Of a stretch of 64,000 nt of DNA, positions 39,501-54,600 are shown in pieces. The DNA is taken from NCBI GenBank assembly GCA_964057225.1, contig OZ059897.1:20832001-20896000 (forward strand), given 5' to 3'. The DNA is from Auanema rhodensis. Its lineage: Eukaryota > Animalia > Nematoda. The notes under the pieces were generated by a model that saw only the letters and a list, made by a program, of their open reading frames with translations, made no database searches and had not been told where the DNA came from. The position numbers were made by a program, and so were the translations under genes. Position 1 is the first letter of the stretch, and the number at the start of each line of letters is the position of its first letter.

Positions 39501-42500
39501 TACATTGAGAAAAGCTTAATACAAAAATTAGTTATGATCGTTTGAAAAATGATGCATTAGTGTATGTTGAGTTTCCATGTACACTCAACATTGCTTCCAA
39601 AAACATTTTGACAAAAATTTTTTCGAAAAATTTCAAAATAATTTAGCGAAAAGTAGATGTTTTTAGATTCCATTTTTCAAGGCAAAGACGATGGACAATG
39701 TTATTCAACGAAAAAATTATTTCTTCAGGGTGAAAATCGAGGATATAAGTGTGAACTTATATCAGTTGATATCTCGGTGCATTTTTAAGCTAGCGCAAAT
39801 CTGATAACACAGATCGACGCAGCTTAAAAATCCGCATCGAATGCACTATACTACATTGAGAAAAGCTTAATACAAAAATTAGTTATGATCGTTTGAAAAA
39901 TGATGCATTAGTGTATGTTGAGTTTCCATGTACACTCAACATTGCTTCCAAAAACATTTTGACAAAAATTTTTTCGAAAAATTTCAAAATAATTTAGCAA
40001 AAAGTAGATGTTTTTAGATTCCATTTTCCAAGGCAAAGACGATGAACAATGTTATTCAACGAAAAAATTATTTCTTCAGGGTGAAAATCGAGGATATAAG
40101 TGTGAACTTATATCAGTTGATATCTCGGTGCATTTTTAAGCTAGCGCAAATCTGATAACACAGATCGACGCAGCTTAAAAATCCGCATCGAATGCACTAT
40201 ACTACATTGAGAAAAGCTTAATACAAAAATTAGTTATGATCGTTTGAAAAATGATGCATTAGTGTATGTTGAGTTTCCATGTACACTCAACATTGCTTCC
40301 AAAAACATTTTGACAAAAATTTTTTCGAAAAATTTCAAAATAATTTAGCAAAAAGTAGATGTTTTTAGATTCCATTTTTCAAGGCAAAGACGATGGACAA
40401 TGTTATTCAACGAAAAAATTAATTCTTCAGGGTGAAAATCGAGGATATAAGTGTGAACTTATATCAGTTGATATCTCGGTGCATTTTTAAGCTAGCGCAA
40501 ATCTGATAACACAGATCGACGCAGCTTAAAAATCCGCATCGAATGCACTATACTACATTGAGAAAAGCTTAATACAAAAATTAGTTATGATCGTTTGAAA
40601 AATGATGCATTAGTGTATGTTGAGTTTCCATGTACACTCAACATTGCTTCCAAAAACATTTTGACAAAAATTTTTTCGAAAAATTTCAAAATAATTTAGC
40701 AAAAAGTAGATGTTTTTAGATTCCATTTTTTAAGGCAAAGACGATGGACAATGTTATTCAACGAAAAAATTAATTCTTCAGGGTGAAAATCGAGGATATA
40801 AGTGTGAACTTATATCAGTTGATATCTCGGTGCATTTTTAAGCTAGCGCAAATCTGATAACACAGATCGACGCAGCTTAAAAATCCGCATCGAATGCACT
40901 ATACTACATTGAGAAAAGCTTAATACAAAAATTAGTTATGATCGTTTGAAAAATGATGCATTAGTGTATGTTGAGTTTCCATGTACACTCAACATTGCTT
41001 CCAAAAACATTTTGACAAAAATTTTTTCGAAAAATTTCAAAATAATTTAGCAAAAAGTAGATGTTTTTAGATTCCATTTTTCAAGGCAAAGACGATGGAC
41101 AATGTTATTCAACGAAAAAATTAATTCTTCAGGGTGAAAATCGAGGATATAAGTGTGAACTTATATCACTTGATATCTCGGTGCATTTTTAAGCTAGCGC
41201 AAATCTGATAACACAGATCGACGCAGCTTAAAAATCCGCATCGAATGCACTATACTACATTGAAAAACGCTTAATACAAAAATTAGTTATGATCGTTTGA
41301 AAAATGATGCATTAGTGTATGTTGAGTTTCCATGTACACTCAACATTGCTTCCAAAAACATTTTGACAAAAATTTTTTCGAAAAATTTCAAAATAATTTA
41401 GCGAAAAGTAGATGTTTTTAGATTCGATTTTTCAAGGCAAAGACGATGGACAATGTTATTCAACGAAAAAATTAATTCTTCAGGGTGAAAATCGAGGATA
41501 TAAGTGTGAACTTATATCAGTTGATATCTCGGTGCATTTTTAAGCTAGCGCAAATCTGATAACACAGATCGACGCAGCTTAAAAATCCGCATCGAATGCA
41601 CTATACTACATTGAAAAACGCTTAATACAAAAATTAGTTATGATCGTTTGAAAAATGATGCATTAGTGTATGTTGAGTTTCCATGTACACTCAACATTGC
41701 TTCCAAAAACATTTTGACAAAAATTTTTTCGAAAAATTTCAAAATAATTTAGCGAAAAGTAGATGTTTTTAGATTCGATTTTTCAAGGCAAAGACGATGG
41801 ACAATGTTATTCAACGAAAAAATTAATTCTTCAGGGTGAAAATCGAGGATATAAGTGTGAACTTATATCAGTTGATATCTCGGTGCATTTTTAAGCTAGC
41901 GCAAATCTGATAACACAGATCGACGCAGCTTAAAAATCCGCATCGAATGCACTATACTACATTGAAAAACGCTTAATACAAAAATTAGTTATGATCGTTT
42001 GAAAAATGATGCATTAGTGTATGTTGAGTTTCCATGTACACTCAACATTGCTTCCAAAAACATTTTGACAAAAATTTTTTCGAAGAATTTCAAAATAATT
42101 TAGCGAAAAGTAGATGTTTTTAGATTTGATTTTTCAAGGCAAAGACGATGGACAATGTTATTCAACGAAAAAATTAATTCTTCAGGGTGAAAATCGAGGA
42201 TATAAGTGTGAACTTATATCAGTTGATATCTCGGTGCATTTTTAAGCTAGCGCAAATCTGATAACACAGATCGACGCAGCTTAAAAATCCGCATCGAATG
42301 CACTATACTACATTGAGAAAAGCTTAATACAAAAATTAGTTATGATCGTTTGAAAAATGATGCATTAGTGTATGTTGAGTTTCCATGTACACTCAACATT
42401 GCTTCCAAAAACATTTTGACAAAAATTTTTTCGAAAAATTTCAAAATAATTTAGCAAAAAGTAGATGTTTTTAGATTCCTTTTTTCAAGGCAAAGACGAT

Positions 42501-42799
42501 GGACAATGTTATTCAACGAAAAAATTATTTCTTCAGGGTGAGAATCGAGGATATAAGTGTGAACTTATATCAGTTGATATCTCGGTGCATTTTTAAGCTA
42601 GCGCAAATCTGATAACACAGATCGACGCAGCTTAAAAATCCGCATCGAATGCACTATACTACATTGAAAAACGCTTGATACAAAAATTAGTTATGATCGT
42701 TTGAAAAATGATGCATTAGTGTATGTTGAGTTTCCATGTACACTCAACATTGCTTCCAAAAACATTTTGACAAAAATTTTTTCGAAAAATTTCAAAATA

Positions 42800-45600
42800 A
42801 TTTAGCGAAAAGTAGATGTTTTTAGATTCGATTTTTCAAGGCAAAGACGATGGACAATGTTATTCAACGAAAAAATTAATTCTTCAGGGTGAAAATCGAG
42901 GATATAAGTGTGAACTTATATCAGTTGATATCTCGGTGCATTTTTCAGCTAGCGCAAATCTGATAACACAGATCGACGCAGCTTAAAAATCCGCATCGAA
43001 TGCACTATATTACATTGAAAAACGCTTAATACAAAAATTAGTTATGATCGTTTGAAAAATGATGCATTAGTGTATGTTGAGTTTCCATGTACACTCAACA
43101 TTGCTTCCAAAAACATTTTGACAAAAATTTTTTCGGAAAATTTCAAAATAATTTAGCAAAAAGTAAATGTTTTTAAATTCCTTTTTTCAAGGCAAAGACG
43201 ATGGACAATGTTATTCAACGAAAAAATTAATTCTTCAGGGTTAAAATCGAGGATATAAGTGTGAACTTATATCAGTTGATATCTCGGTGCATTTTTAAGC
43301 TAGCGCAAATCTGATAACACAGATCGACGCAGCTTAAAAATCCGCATCGAATGCACTATATTACATTGAAAAACGCTTAATACAAAAATTAGTTATGATC
43401 GTTTGAAAAATGATGCATTAGTGTATGTTGAGTTTCCATGTACACTCAACATTGCTTCCAAAAACATTTTGACAAAAATTTTTTCGGAAAATTTCAAAAT
43501 AATTTAGCAAAAAGTAAATGTTTTTAAATTCCTTTTTTCAAGGCAAAGACGATGGACAATGTTATTCAACGAAAAAATTAATTCTTCAGGGTTAAAATCG
43601 AGGATATAAGTGTGAACTTATATCAGTTGATATCTCGGTGCATTTTTAAGCTAGCGCAAATCTGATAACACAGATCGACGCAGCTTAAAAATCCGCATCG
43701 AATGCACTATATTACATTGAGAAACACTTGATACAAAAATTAGTTATGATCGTTTGAAAAATGATGCATTAGTGTATGTTGAGTTTCCATGTACACTCAA
43801 CATTGCTTCCAAAAACATTTTGACAAAAATTTTTTCGAAAAATTTCAAAATAATTTAGCAAAAAGTAGATGTTTTAAGATTCCATTTTTCAAGGCAAAGA
43901 CGATGGACAATGTTATTCAACGAAAAAATTAATTCTTCAGGGTGAAAATCGAGGATATAAGTGTGAACTTATATCAGTTGATATCTCGGTGCATTTTTAA
44001 GCTAGCGCAAATCTGATAACACAGATCGACGCAGCTTAAAAATCCGCATCGAATGCACTATACTACATTGAGAAAAGCTTAATACAAAAATTAGTTATGA
44101 TCGTTTGAAAAATGATGCATTAGTGTATGTTGAGTTTCCATGTACACTCAACATTGCTTCCAAAAACATTTTGACAAAAATTTTTTCGAAAAATTTCAAA
44201 ATAATTTAGCGAAAAGTAGATGTTTTTAGATTCGATTTTTCAAGGCAAAGACGATGGACAATGTTATTCAACGAAAAAATTAATTCTTCAGGGTGAAAAT
44301 CGAGGATATAAGTGTGAACTTATATCAGTTGATATCTCGGTGCATTTTTAAGCTAGCGCAAATCTGATAACACAGATCGACGCAGCTTAAAAATCCGCAT
44401 CGAATGCACTATATTACATTGAAAAACGCTTAATACAAAAATTAGTTATGATCGTTTGAAAAATGATGCATTAGTGTATGTTGAGTTTCCATGTACACTC
44501 AACATTGCTTCCAAAAACATTTTGACAAAAATTTTTTCGGAAAATTTCAAAATAATTTAGCAAAAAGTAAATGTTTTTAAATTCCTTTTTTCAAGGCAAA
44601 GACGATGGACAATGTTATTCAACGAAAAAATTAATTCTTCAGGGTTAAAATCGAGGATATAAGTGTGAACTTATATCAGTTGATATCTCGGTGCATTTTT
44701 AAGCTAGCGCAAATCTGATAACACAGATCGACGCAGCTTAAAAATCCGCATCGAATGCACTATATTACATTGAAAAACGCTTAATACAAAAATTAGTTAT
44801 GATCGTTTGAAAAATGATGCATTAGTGTATGTTGAGTTTCCATGTACACTCAACATTGCTTCCAAAAACATTTTGACAAAAATTTTTTCGGAAAATTTCA
44901 AAATAATTTAGCAAAAAGTAAATGTTTTTAAATTCCTTTTTTCAAGGCAAAGACGATGGACAATGTTATTCAACGAAAAAATTAATTCTTCAGGGTTAAA
45001 ATCGAGGATATAAGTGTGAACTTATATCAGTTGATATCTCGGTGCATTTTTAAGCTAGCGCAAATCTGATAACACAGATCGACGCAGCTTAAAAATCCGC
45101 ATCGAATGCACTATATTACATTGAGAAACACTTGATACAAAAATTAGTTATGATCGTTTGAAAAATGATGCATTAGTGTATGTTGAGTTTCCATGTACAC
45201 TCAACATTGCTTCCAAAAACATTTTGACAAAAATTTTTTCGAAAAATTTCAAAATAATTTAGCAAAAAGTAGATGTTTTAAGATTCCATTTTTCAAGGCA
45301 AAGACGATGGACAATGTTATTCAACGAAAAATTTAATTCTTCAGGGTGAAAATCGAGGATATAAGTGTGAACTTATATCAGTTGATATCTCGGTGCATTT
45401 TTAAGCTAGCGCAAATCTGATAACACAGATCGACGCAGCTTAAAAATCCGCATCGAATGCACTATACTACATTGAGAAAAGCTTAATACAAAAATTAGTT
45501 ATGATCGTTTGAAAAATGATGCATTAGTGTATGTTGAGTTTCCATGTACACTCAACATTGCTTCCAAAAACATTTTGACAAAAATTTTTTCGAAAAATTT
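42800..45600 (+). repeat. Tandem duplication of a 4-monomer block (1404-bp period)
   Basis: GCGAAAAG at 42807/44211, each followed by two GTAAATG/GGTTAAAA-type units and one TTTTAAG-type unit (43876/45280). Confidence 0.88.
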
Positions 45601-48600
45601 CAAAATAATTTAGCAAAAAGTAGATGTTTTTAGATTCCATTTTTTAAGGCAAAGACGATGGACAATGTTATTCAACGAAAAAATTAATTCTTCAGGGTGA
45701 AAATCGAGGATATAAGTGTGAACTTATATCAGTTGATATCTCGGTGCATTTTTAAGCTAGCGCAAATCTGATAACACAGATCGACGCAGCTTAAAAATCC
45801 GCATCGAATGCACTATACTACATTGAGAAAAGCTTAATACAAAAATTAGTTATGATCGTTTGAAAAATGATGCATTAGTGTATGTTGAGTTTCCATGTAC
45901 ACTCAACATTGCTTCCAAAAACATTTTGACAAAAATTTTTTCGAAAAATTTCAAAATAATTTAGCAAAAAGTAGATGTTTTTAGATTCCATTTTTCAAGG
46001 CAAAGACGATGGACAATGTTATTCAACGAAAAAATTATTTCTTCAGGGTGAGAATCGAGGATATAAGTGTGAACTTATATCAGTTGATATCTCGGTGCAT
46101 TTTTAAGCTAGCGCAAATCTGATAACACAGATCGACGCAGCTTAAAAATCCGCATCGAATGCACTATACTACATTGAAAAACGCTTGATACAAAAATTAG
46201 TTATGATCGTTTGAAAAATGATGCATTAGTGTATGTTGAGTTTCCATGTACACTCAACATTGCTTCCAAAAACATTTTGACAAAAATTTTTTCGAAAAAT
46301 TTCAAAATAATTTAGCAAAAAGTAGATGTTTTTAGATTCCATTTTCCAAGGCAAAGACGATGGACAATGTTATTCAACGAAAAAATTATTTCTTCAGGGT
46401 GAAAATCGAGGATGTAAGTGTGAACTTATATCAGTTGATATCTCGGTGCATTTTTAAGCTAGCGCAAATCTGATAACACAGATCGACGCAGCTTAAAAAT
46501 CCGCATCGAATGCACTATACTACATTGAGAAAAGCTTAATACAAAAATTAGTTATGATCGTTTGAAAAATGATGCATTAGTGTATGTTGAGTTTCCATGT
46601 ACACTCAACATTGCTTCCAAAAACATTTTGACAAAAATTTTTTCGAAAAATTTCAAAATAATTTAGCAAAAAGTAGATGTTTTTAGATTCCATTTTTCAA
46701 GGCAAAGACGATGGACAATGTTATTCAACGAAAAAATTATTTCTTCAGGGTGAAAATCGAGGATATAAGTGTGAACTTATATCAGTTGATATCTCGGTGC
46801 ATTTTTAAGCTAGCGCAAATCTGATAACACAGATCGACGCAGCTTAAAAATCCGCATCGAATGCACTATACTACATTGAGAAAAGCTTAATACAAAAATT
46901 AGTTATGATCGTTTGAAAAATGATGCATTAGTGTATGTTGAGTTTCCATGTACACTCAACATTGCTTCCAAAAACATTTTGACAAAAATTTTTTCGAAAA
47001 ATTTCAAAATAATTTAGCAAAAAGTAGATGTTTTTAGATTCCATTTTCCAAGGCAAAGACGATGGACAATGTTATTCAACGAAAAAATTATTTCTTCAGG
47101 GTGAAAATCGAGGATGTAAGTGTGAACTTATATCAGTTGATATCTCGGTGCATTTTTAAGCTAGCGCAAATCTGATAACACAGATCGACGCAGCTTAAAA
47201 ATCCGCATCGAATGCACTATACTACATTGAGAAAAGCTTAATACAAAAATTAGTTATGATCGTTTGAAAAATGATGCATTAGTGTATGTTGAGTTTCCAT
47301 GTACACTCAACATTGCTTCCAAAAACATTTTGACAAAAATTTTTTCGAAAAATTTCAAAATAATTTAGCAAAAAGTAGATGTTTTTAGATTCCATTTTTC
47401 AAGGCAAAGACGATGGACAATGTTATTCAACGAAAAAATTAATTCTTCAGGGTGAAAATCGAGGATATAAGTGTGAACTTATATCAGTTGATATCTCGGT
47501 GCATTTTCAAGCTAGCGCAAATCTGATAACACAGATCGACGCAGCTTAAAAATCCGCATCGAATGCACTATACTACATTGAGAAAAGCTTAATACAAAAA
47601 TTAGTTATGATCGTTTGAAAAATGATGCATTAGTGTATGTTGAGTTTCCATGTACACTCAACATTGCTTCCAAAAACATTTTGACAAAAATTTTTTCGAA
47701 AAATTTCAAAATAATTTAGCAAAAAGTAGATGTTTTTAGATTCCATTTTTCAAGGCAAAGACGATGGACAATGTTATTCAACGAAAAAATTAATTCTTCA
47801 GGGTGAAAATCGAGGATATAAGTGTGAACTTATATCAGTTGATATCTCGGTGCATTTTTAAGCTAGCGCAAATCTGATAACACAGATCGACGCAGCTTAA
47901 AAATCCGCATCGAATGCACTATACTACATTGAAAAACGCTTAATACAAAAATTAGTTATGATCGTTTGAAAAATGATGCATTAGTGTATGTTGAGTTTCC
48001 ATGTACACTCAACATTGCTTCCAAAAACATTTTGACAAAAATTTTTTCGAAAAATTTCAAAATAATTTAGCAAAAAGTAGATGTTTTTAGATTCCATTTT
48101 TCAAGGCAAAGACGATGGACAATGTTATTCAACGAAAAAATTAATTCTTCAGGGTGAAAATCGAGGATATAAGTGTGAACTTATATCAGTTGATATCTCG
48201 GTGCATTTTCAAGCTAGCGCAAATCTGATAACACAGATCGACGCAGCTTAAAAATCCGCATCGAATGCACTATACTACATTGAGAAAAGCTTAATACAAA
48301 AATTAGTTATGATCGTTTGAAAAATGATGCATTAGTGTATGTTGAGTTTCCATGTACACTCAACATTGCTTCCAAAAACATTTTGACAAAAATTTTTTCG
48401 AAAAATTTCAAAATAATTTAGCAAAAAGTAGATGTTTTTAGATTCCATTTTTCAAGGCAAAGACGATGGACAATGTTATTCAACGAAAAAATTATTTCTT
48501 CAGGGTGAAAATCGAGGATATAAGTGTGAACTTATATCAGTTGATATCTCGGTGCATTTTTAAGCTAGCGCAAATCTGATAACACAGATCGACGCAGCTT

Positions 48601-51600
48601 AAAAATCCGCATCGAATGCACTATACTACATTGAGAAAAGCTTAATACAAAAATTAGTTATGATCGTTTGAAAAATGATGCATTAGTGTATGTTGAGTTT
48701 CCATGTACACTCAACATTGCTTCCAAAAACATTTTGACAAAAATTTTTTCGAAAAATTTCAAAATAATTTAGCAAAAAGTAGATGTTTTTAGATTCCATT
48801 TTCCAAGGCAAAGACGATGGACAATGTTATTCAACGAAAAAATTATTTCTTCAGGGTGAAAATCGAGGATATAAGTGTGAACTTATATCAGTTGATATCT
48901 CGGTGCATTTTTAAGCTAGCGCAAATCTGATAACACAGATCGACGCAGCTTAAAAATCCGCATCGAATGCACTATACTACATTGAAAAACGCTTAATACA
49001 AAAATTAGTTATGATCGTTTGAAAAATGATGCATTAGTGTATGTTGAGTTTCCATGTACACTCAACATTGCTTCCAAAAACATTTTGACAAAAATTTTTT
49101 CGAAAAATTTCAAAATAATTTAGCAAAAAGTAGATGTTTTTAGATTCCATTTTTCAAGGCAAAGACGATGGACAATGTTATTCAACGAAAAAATTAATTC
49201 TTCAGGGTGAAAATCGAGGATATAAGTGTGAACTTATATCAGTTGATATCTCGGTGCATTTTCAAGCTAGCGCAAATCTGATAACACAGATCGACGCAGC
49301 TTAAAAATCCGCATCGAATGCACTATACTACATTGAGAAAAGCTTAATACAAAAATTAGTTATGATCGTTTGAAAAATGATGCATTAGTGTATGTTGAGT
49401 TTCCATGTACACTCAACATTGCTTCCAAAAACATTTTGACAAAAATTTTTTCGAAAAATTTCAAAATAATTTAGCAAAAAGTAGATGTTTTTAGATTCCA
49501 TTTTTCAAGGCAAAGACGATGGACAATGTTATTCAACGAAAAAATTAATTCTTCAGGGTGAAAATCGAGGATATAAGTGTGAACTTATATCAGTTGATAT
49601 CTCGGTGCATTTTTAAGCTAGCGCAAATCTGATAACACAGATCGACGCAGCTTAAAAATCCGCATCGAATGCACTATACTACATTGAAAAACGCTTAATA
49701 CAAAAATTAGTTATGATCGTTTGAAAAATGATGCATTAGTGTATGTTGAGTTTCCATGTACACTCAACATTGCTTCCAAAAACATTTTGACAAAAATTTT
49801 TTCGAAAAATTTCAAAATAATTTAGCGAAAAGTAGATGTTTTTAGATTCGATTTTTCAAGGCAAAGACGATGGACAATGTTATTCAACGAAAAAATTAAT
49901 TCTTCAGGGTGAAAATCGAGGATATAAGTGTGAACTTATATCAGTTGATATCTCGGTGCATTTTTAAGCTAGCGCAAATCTGATAACACAGATCGACGCA
50001 GCTTAAAAATCCGCATCGAATGCACTATACTACATTGAGAAAAGCTTAATACAAAAATTAGTTATGATCGTTTGAAAAATGATGCATTAGTGTATGTTGA
50101 GTTTCCATGTACACTCAACATTGCTTCCAAAAACATTTTGACAAAAATTTTTTCGAAAAATTTCAAAATAATTTAGCAAAAAGTAGATGTTTTTAGATTC
50201 CATTTTTCAAGGCAAAGACGATGGACAATGTTATTCAACGAAAAAATTAATTCTTCAGGGTGAAAATCGAGGATATAAGTGTGAACTTATATCAGTTGAT
50301 ATCTCGGTGCATTTTTAAGCTAGCGCAAATCTGATAACACAGATCGACGCAGCTTAAAAATCCGCATCGAATGCACAATACTACATTGAAAAACGCTTAA
50401 TACAAAAATTAGTTATGATCGTTTGAAAAATGATGCATTAGTGTATGTTGAGTTTCCATGTACACTCAACATTGCTTCCAAAAACATTTTGACAAAAATT
50501 TTTTCGAAAAATTTCAAAATAATTTAGCAAAAAGTAGATGTTTTTAGATTCCATTTTCCAAGGCAAAGACGATGGACAATGTTATTCAACGAAAAAATTA
50601 TTTCTTCAGGGTGAAAATCGAGGATATAAGTGTGAACTTATATCAGTTGATATCTCGGTGCATTTTTAAGCTAGCGCAAATCTGATAACACAGATCGACG
50701 CAGCTTAAAAATCCGCATCGAATGCACTATACTACATTGAGAAAAGCTTAATACAAAAATTAGTTATGATCGTTTGAAAAATGATGCATTAGTGTATGTT
50801 GAGTTTACATGTACACTCAACATTGCTTCCAAAAACATTTTGACAAAAATTTTTTCGAAAAATTTCAAAATAATTTAGCGAAAAGTAGATGTTTTTAGAT
50901 TCGATTTTTCAAGGCAAAGACGATGGACAATGTTATTCAACGAAAAAATTAATTCTTCAGGGTGAAAATCGAGGATATAAATGTGAACTTATATCAGTTG
51001 ATATCTCGGTGCATTTTTAAGCTAGCGCAAATCTGATAACACAGATCGACGCAGCTTAAAAATCCGCATCGAATGCACTATACTACATTGAGAAAAGCTT
51101 AATACAAAAATTAGTTATGATCGTTTGAAAAATGATGCATTAGTGTATGTTGAGTTTCCATGTACACTCAACATTGCTTCCAAAAACATTTTGACAAAAA
51201 TTTTTTCGAAAAATTTCAAAATAATTTAGCAAAAAGTAGATGTTTTTAGATTCCTTTTTTCAAGGCAAAGACGATGGACAATGTTATTCAACGAAAAAAT
51301 TATTTCTTCAGGGTGAAAATCGAGGATATAAGTGTGAACTTATATCAGTTGATATCTCGGTGCATTTTTAAGCTAGCGCAAATCTGATAACACAGATCGA
51401 CGCAGCTTAAAAATCCGGATCGAATGCACTATACTACATTAAGAAACGCTTGATACAAAAATTAGTTATGATCGTTTGAAAAATGATGCATTAGTGTATG
51501 TTGAGTTTCCATGTACACTCAACATTGCTTCCAAAAACATTTTGACAAAAATTTTTTCGAAAAATTTCAAAATAATTTAGCAAAAAGTAGATGTTTTTAG

Positions 51601-54600
51601 ATTCCATTTTTCAAGGCAAAGACGATAGACAATGTTATTCAACGGAAAAGTTAATTCTTCAGGGTGAAAATCGAGGATATAAGTGTGAACTTATATCAGT
51701 TGATATCTCGGTGCATTTTTAAGCTAGCGCAAATCTGATAACACAGATCGACGCAGCTTAAAAATCCGCATCGAATGCACTATACTACATTGAGAAAAGC
51801 TTAATACAAAAATTAGTTATGATCGTTTGAAAAATGATGCATTAGTGTATGTTGAGTTTCCATGTACACTCAACATTGCTTCCAAAAACATTTTGACAAA
51901 AATTTTTTCGAAAAATTTCAAAATAATTTAGCAAAAAGTAGATGTTTTTAGATTCCTTTTTTCAAGGCAAAGACGATGGACAATGTTATTCAACGAGAAA
52001 ATTAATTCTTCAGGGTGAAAATCGAGGATATAAGTGTGAACTTATATCAGTTGATATCTCGGTGCATTTTTAAGCTAGCGCAAATCTGATAACACAGATC
52101 GACGCAGCTTAAAAATCCGCATCGAATGCACTATACTACATTGAGAAAAGCTTAATACAAAAATTAGTTATGATCGTTAGAAAAATGATGCATTAGTGTA
52201 TGTTGAGTTTCCATGTACACTCAACATTGCTTCCAAAAACATTTTGACAAAAATTTTTTCGAAAAATTTCAAAATAATTTAGCAAAAAGTAGATGTTTGT
52301 AGATTTCATTTTTCAAGGCAAAGACGATAGACAATGTTATTCAACGAAAAAATTAATTCTTCAGGGTGAAAATCGAGGATATAAGTGTGAACTTATATCA
52401 GTTGATATCTCGGTGCATTTTTAAGCTAGCGCAAATCTGATAACACAGATCGACGCAGCTTAAAAATCCGCATCGAATGCACTATACTACATTGAGAAAA
52501 GCTTAATACAAAAATTAGTTATGATCGTTTGAAAAATGATGCATTAGTGTATGTTGAGTTTCCATGTACACTCAACATTGCTTCCAAAAACATTTTGACA
52601 AAAATTTTTTCGAAAAATTTCAAAATAATTTAGCAAAAAGTAGATGTTTTTAGATTCCTTTTTTCAAGGCAAAGACGATGGACAATGTTATTCAACGAAA
52701 AAATTAATTCTTCAGGGTGAAAATCGAGGATATAAGTGTGAACTTATATCAGTTGATATCTCGGTGCATTTTTAAGCTAGCGCAAATCTGATAACACAGA
52801 TCGACGCAGCTTAAAAATCCGCATCGAATGCACTATACTACATTGAAAAACGCTTAATACAAAAATTAGTTATGATCGTTTGAAAAATGATGCATTAGTG
52901 TATGTTGAGTTTCCATGTACACTCAACATTGCTTCCAAAAACATTTTGACAAAAATTTTTTCGAAAAATTTCAAAATAATTTAGCGAAAAGTAGATGTTT
53001 TTAGATTCGATTTTTCAAGGCAAAGACGATGGACAATGTTATTCAACGAAAAAATTAATTCTTCAGGGTGAAAATCGAGGATATAAGTGTGAACTTATAT
53101 CAGTTGATATCTCGGTGCATTTTTAAGCTAGCGCAATTCTGATAACACAGATCGACGCAGCTTAAAAATCCGCATCGAATGCACTATACTACATTGAGAA
53201 AAGCTTAATACAAAAATTAGTTATGATCGTTTGAAAAATGATGCATTAGTGTATGTTGAGTTTCCATGTACACTCAACATTGCTTCCAAAAACATTTTGA
53301 CAAAAATTTTTTCGAAAAATTTCAAAATAATTTAGCAAAAAGTAGATGTTTTTAGATTCCATTTTTCAAGGCAAAGACGATGGACAATGTTATTCAACGA
53401 AAAAATTAATTCTTCAGGGTGAAAATCGAGGATATAAGTGTGAACTTATATCAGTTGATATCTCGGTGCATTTTTAAGCTAGCGCAAATCTGATAACACA
53501 GATCGACGCAGCTTAAAAATCCGCATCGAATGCACTATACTACATTGAGAAAAGCTTAATACAAAAATTAGTTATGATCGTTTGAAAAATGATGCATTAG
53601 TGTATGTTGAGTTTCCATGTACACTCAACATTGCTTCCAAAAACATTTTGACAAAAATTTTTTCGAAAAATTTCAAAATAATTTAGCAAAAAGTAGATGT
53701 TTTTAGATTCCATTTTTTAAGGCAAAGACGATGGACAATGTTATTCAACGAAAAAATTAATTCTTCAGGGTGAAAATCGAGGATATAAGTGTGAACTTAT
53801 ATCAGTTGATATCTCGGTGCATTTTTAAGCTAGCGCAAATCTGATAACACAGATCGACGCAGCTTAAAAATCCGCATCGAATGCACTATACTACATTGAG
53901 AAAAGCTTAATACAAAAATTAGTTATGATCGTTTGAAAAATGATGCATTAGTGTATGTTGAGTTTCCATGTACACTCAACATTGCTTCCAAAAACATTTT
54001 GACAAAAATTTTTTCGAAAAATTTCAAAATAATTTAGCAAAAAGTAGATGTTTTTAGATTCGATTTTTCAAGGCAAAGACGATGGACAATGTTATTCAAC
54101 GAAAAAACTAATTCTTCAGGGTGAAAATCGAGGATATAAGTGTGAACTTATATCAGTTGATATCTCGGTGCATTTTTAAGCTAGCGCAAATCTGATAACA
54201 CAGATCGACGCAGCTTAAAAATCCGCATCGAATGCACTATACTACATTGAGAAACGCTTGATACAAAAATTAGTTATGATCGTTTGAAAAATGATGCATT
54301 AGTGTATGTTGAGTTTCCATGTACACTCAACATTGCTTCCAAAAACATTTTGACAAAAATTTTTTCGAAAAATTTCAAAATAATTTAGCAAAAAGTAGAT
54401 GTTTTTAGATTCCTTTTTTCAAGGCAAAGACGATGGACAATGTTATTCAACGAAAAAATTAATTCTTCAGGGTGAAAATCGAGGATATAAGTGTGAACTT
54501 ATATCAGTTGATATCTCGGTGCATTTTTAAGCTAGCGCAAATCTGATAACACAGATCGACGCAGCTTAAAAATCCGCATCGAATGCACTATACTACATTG

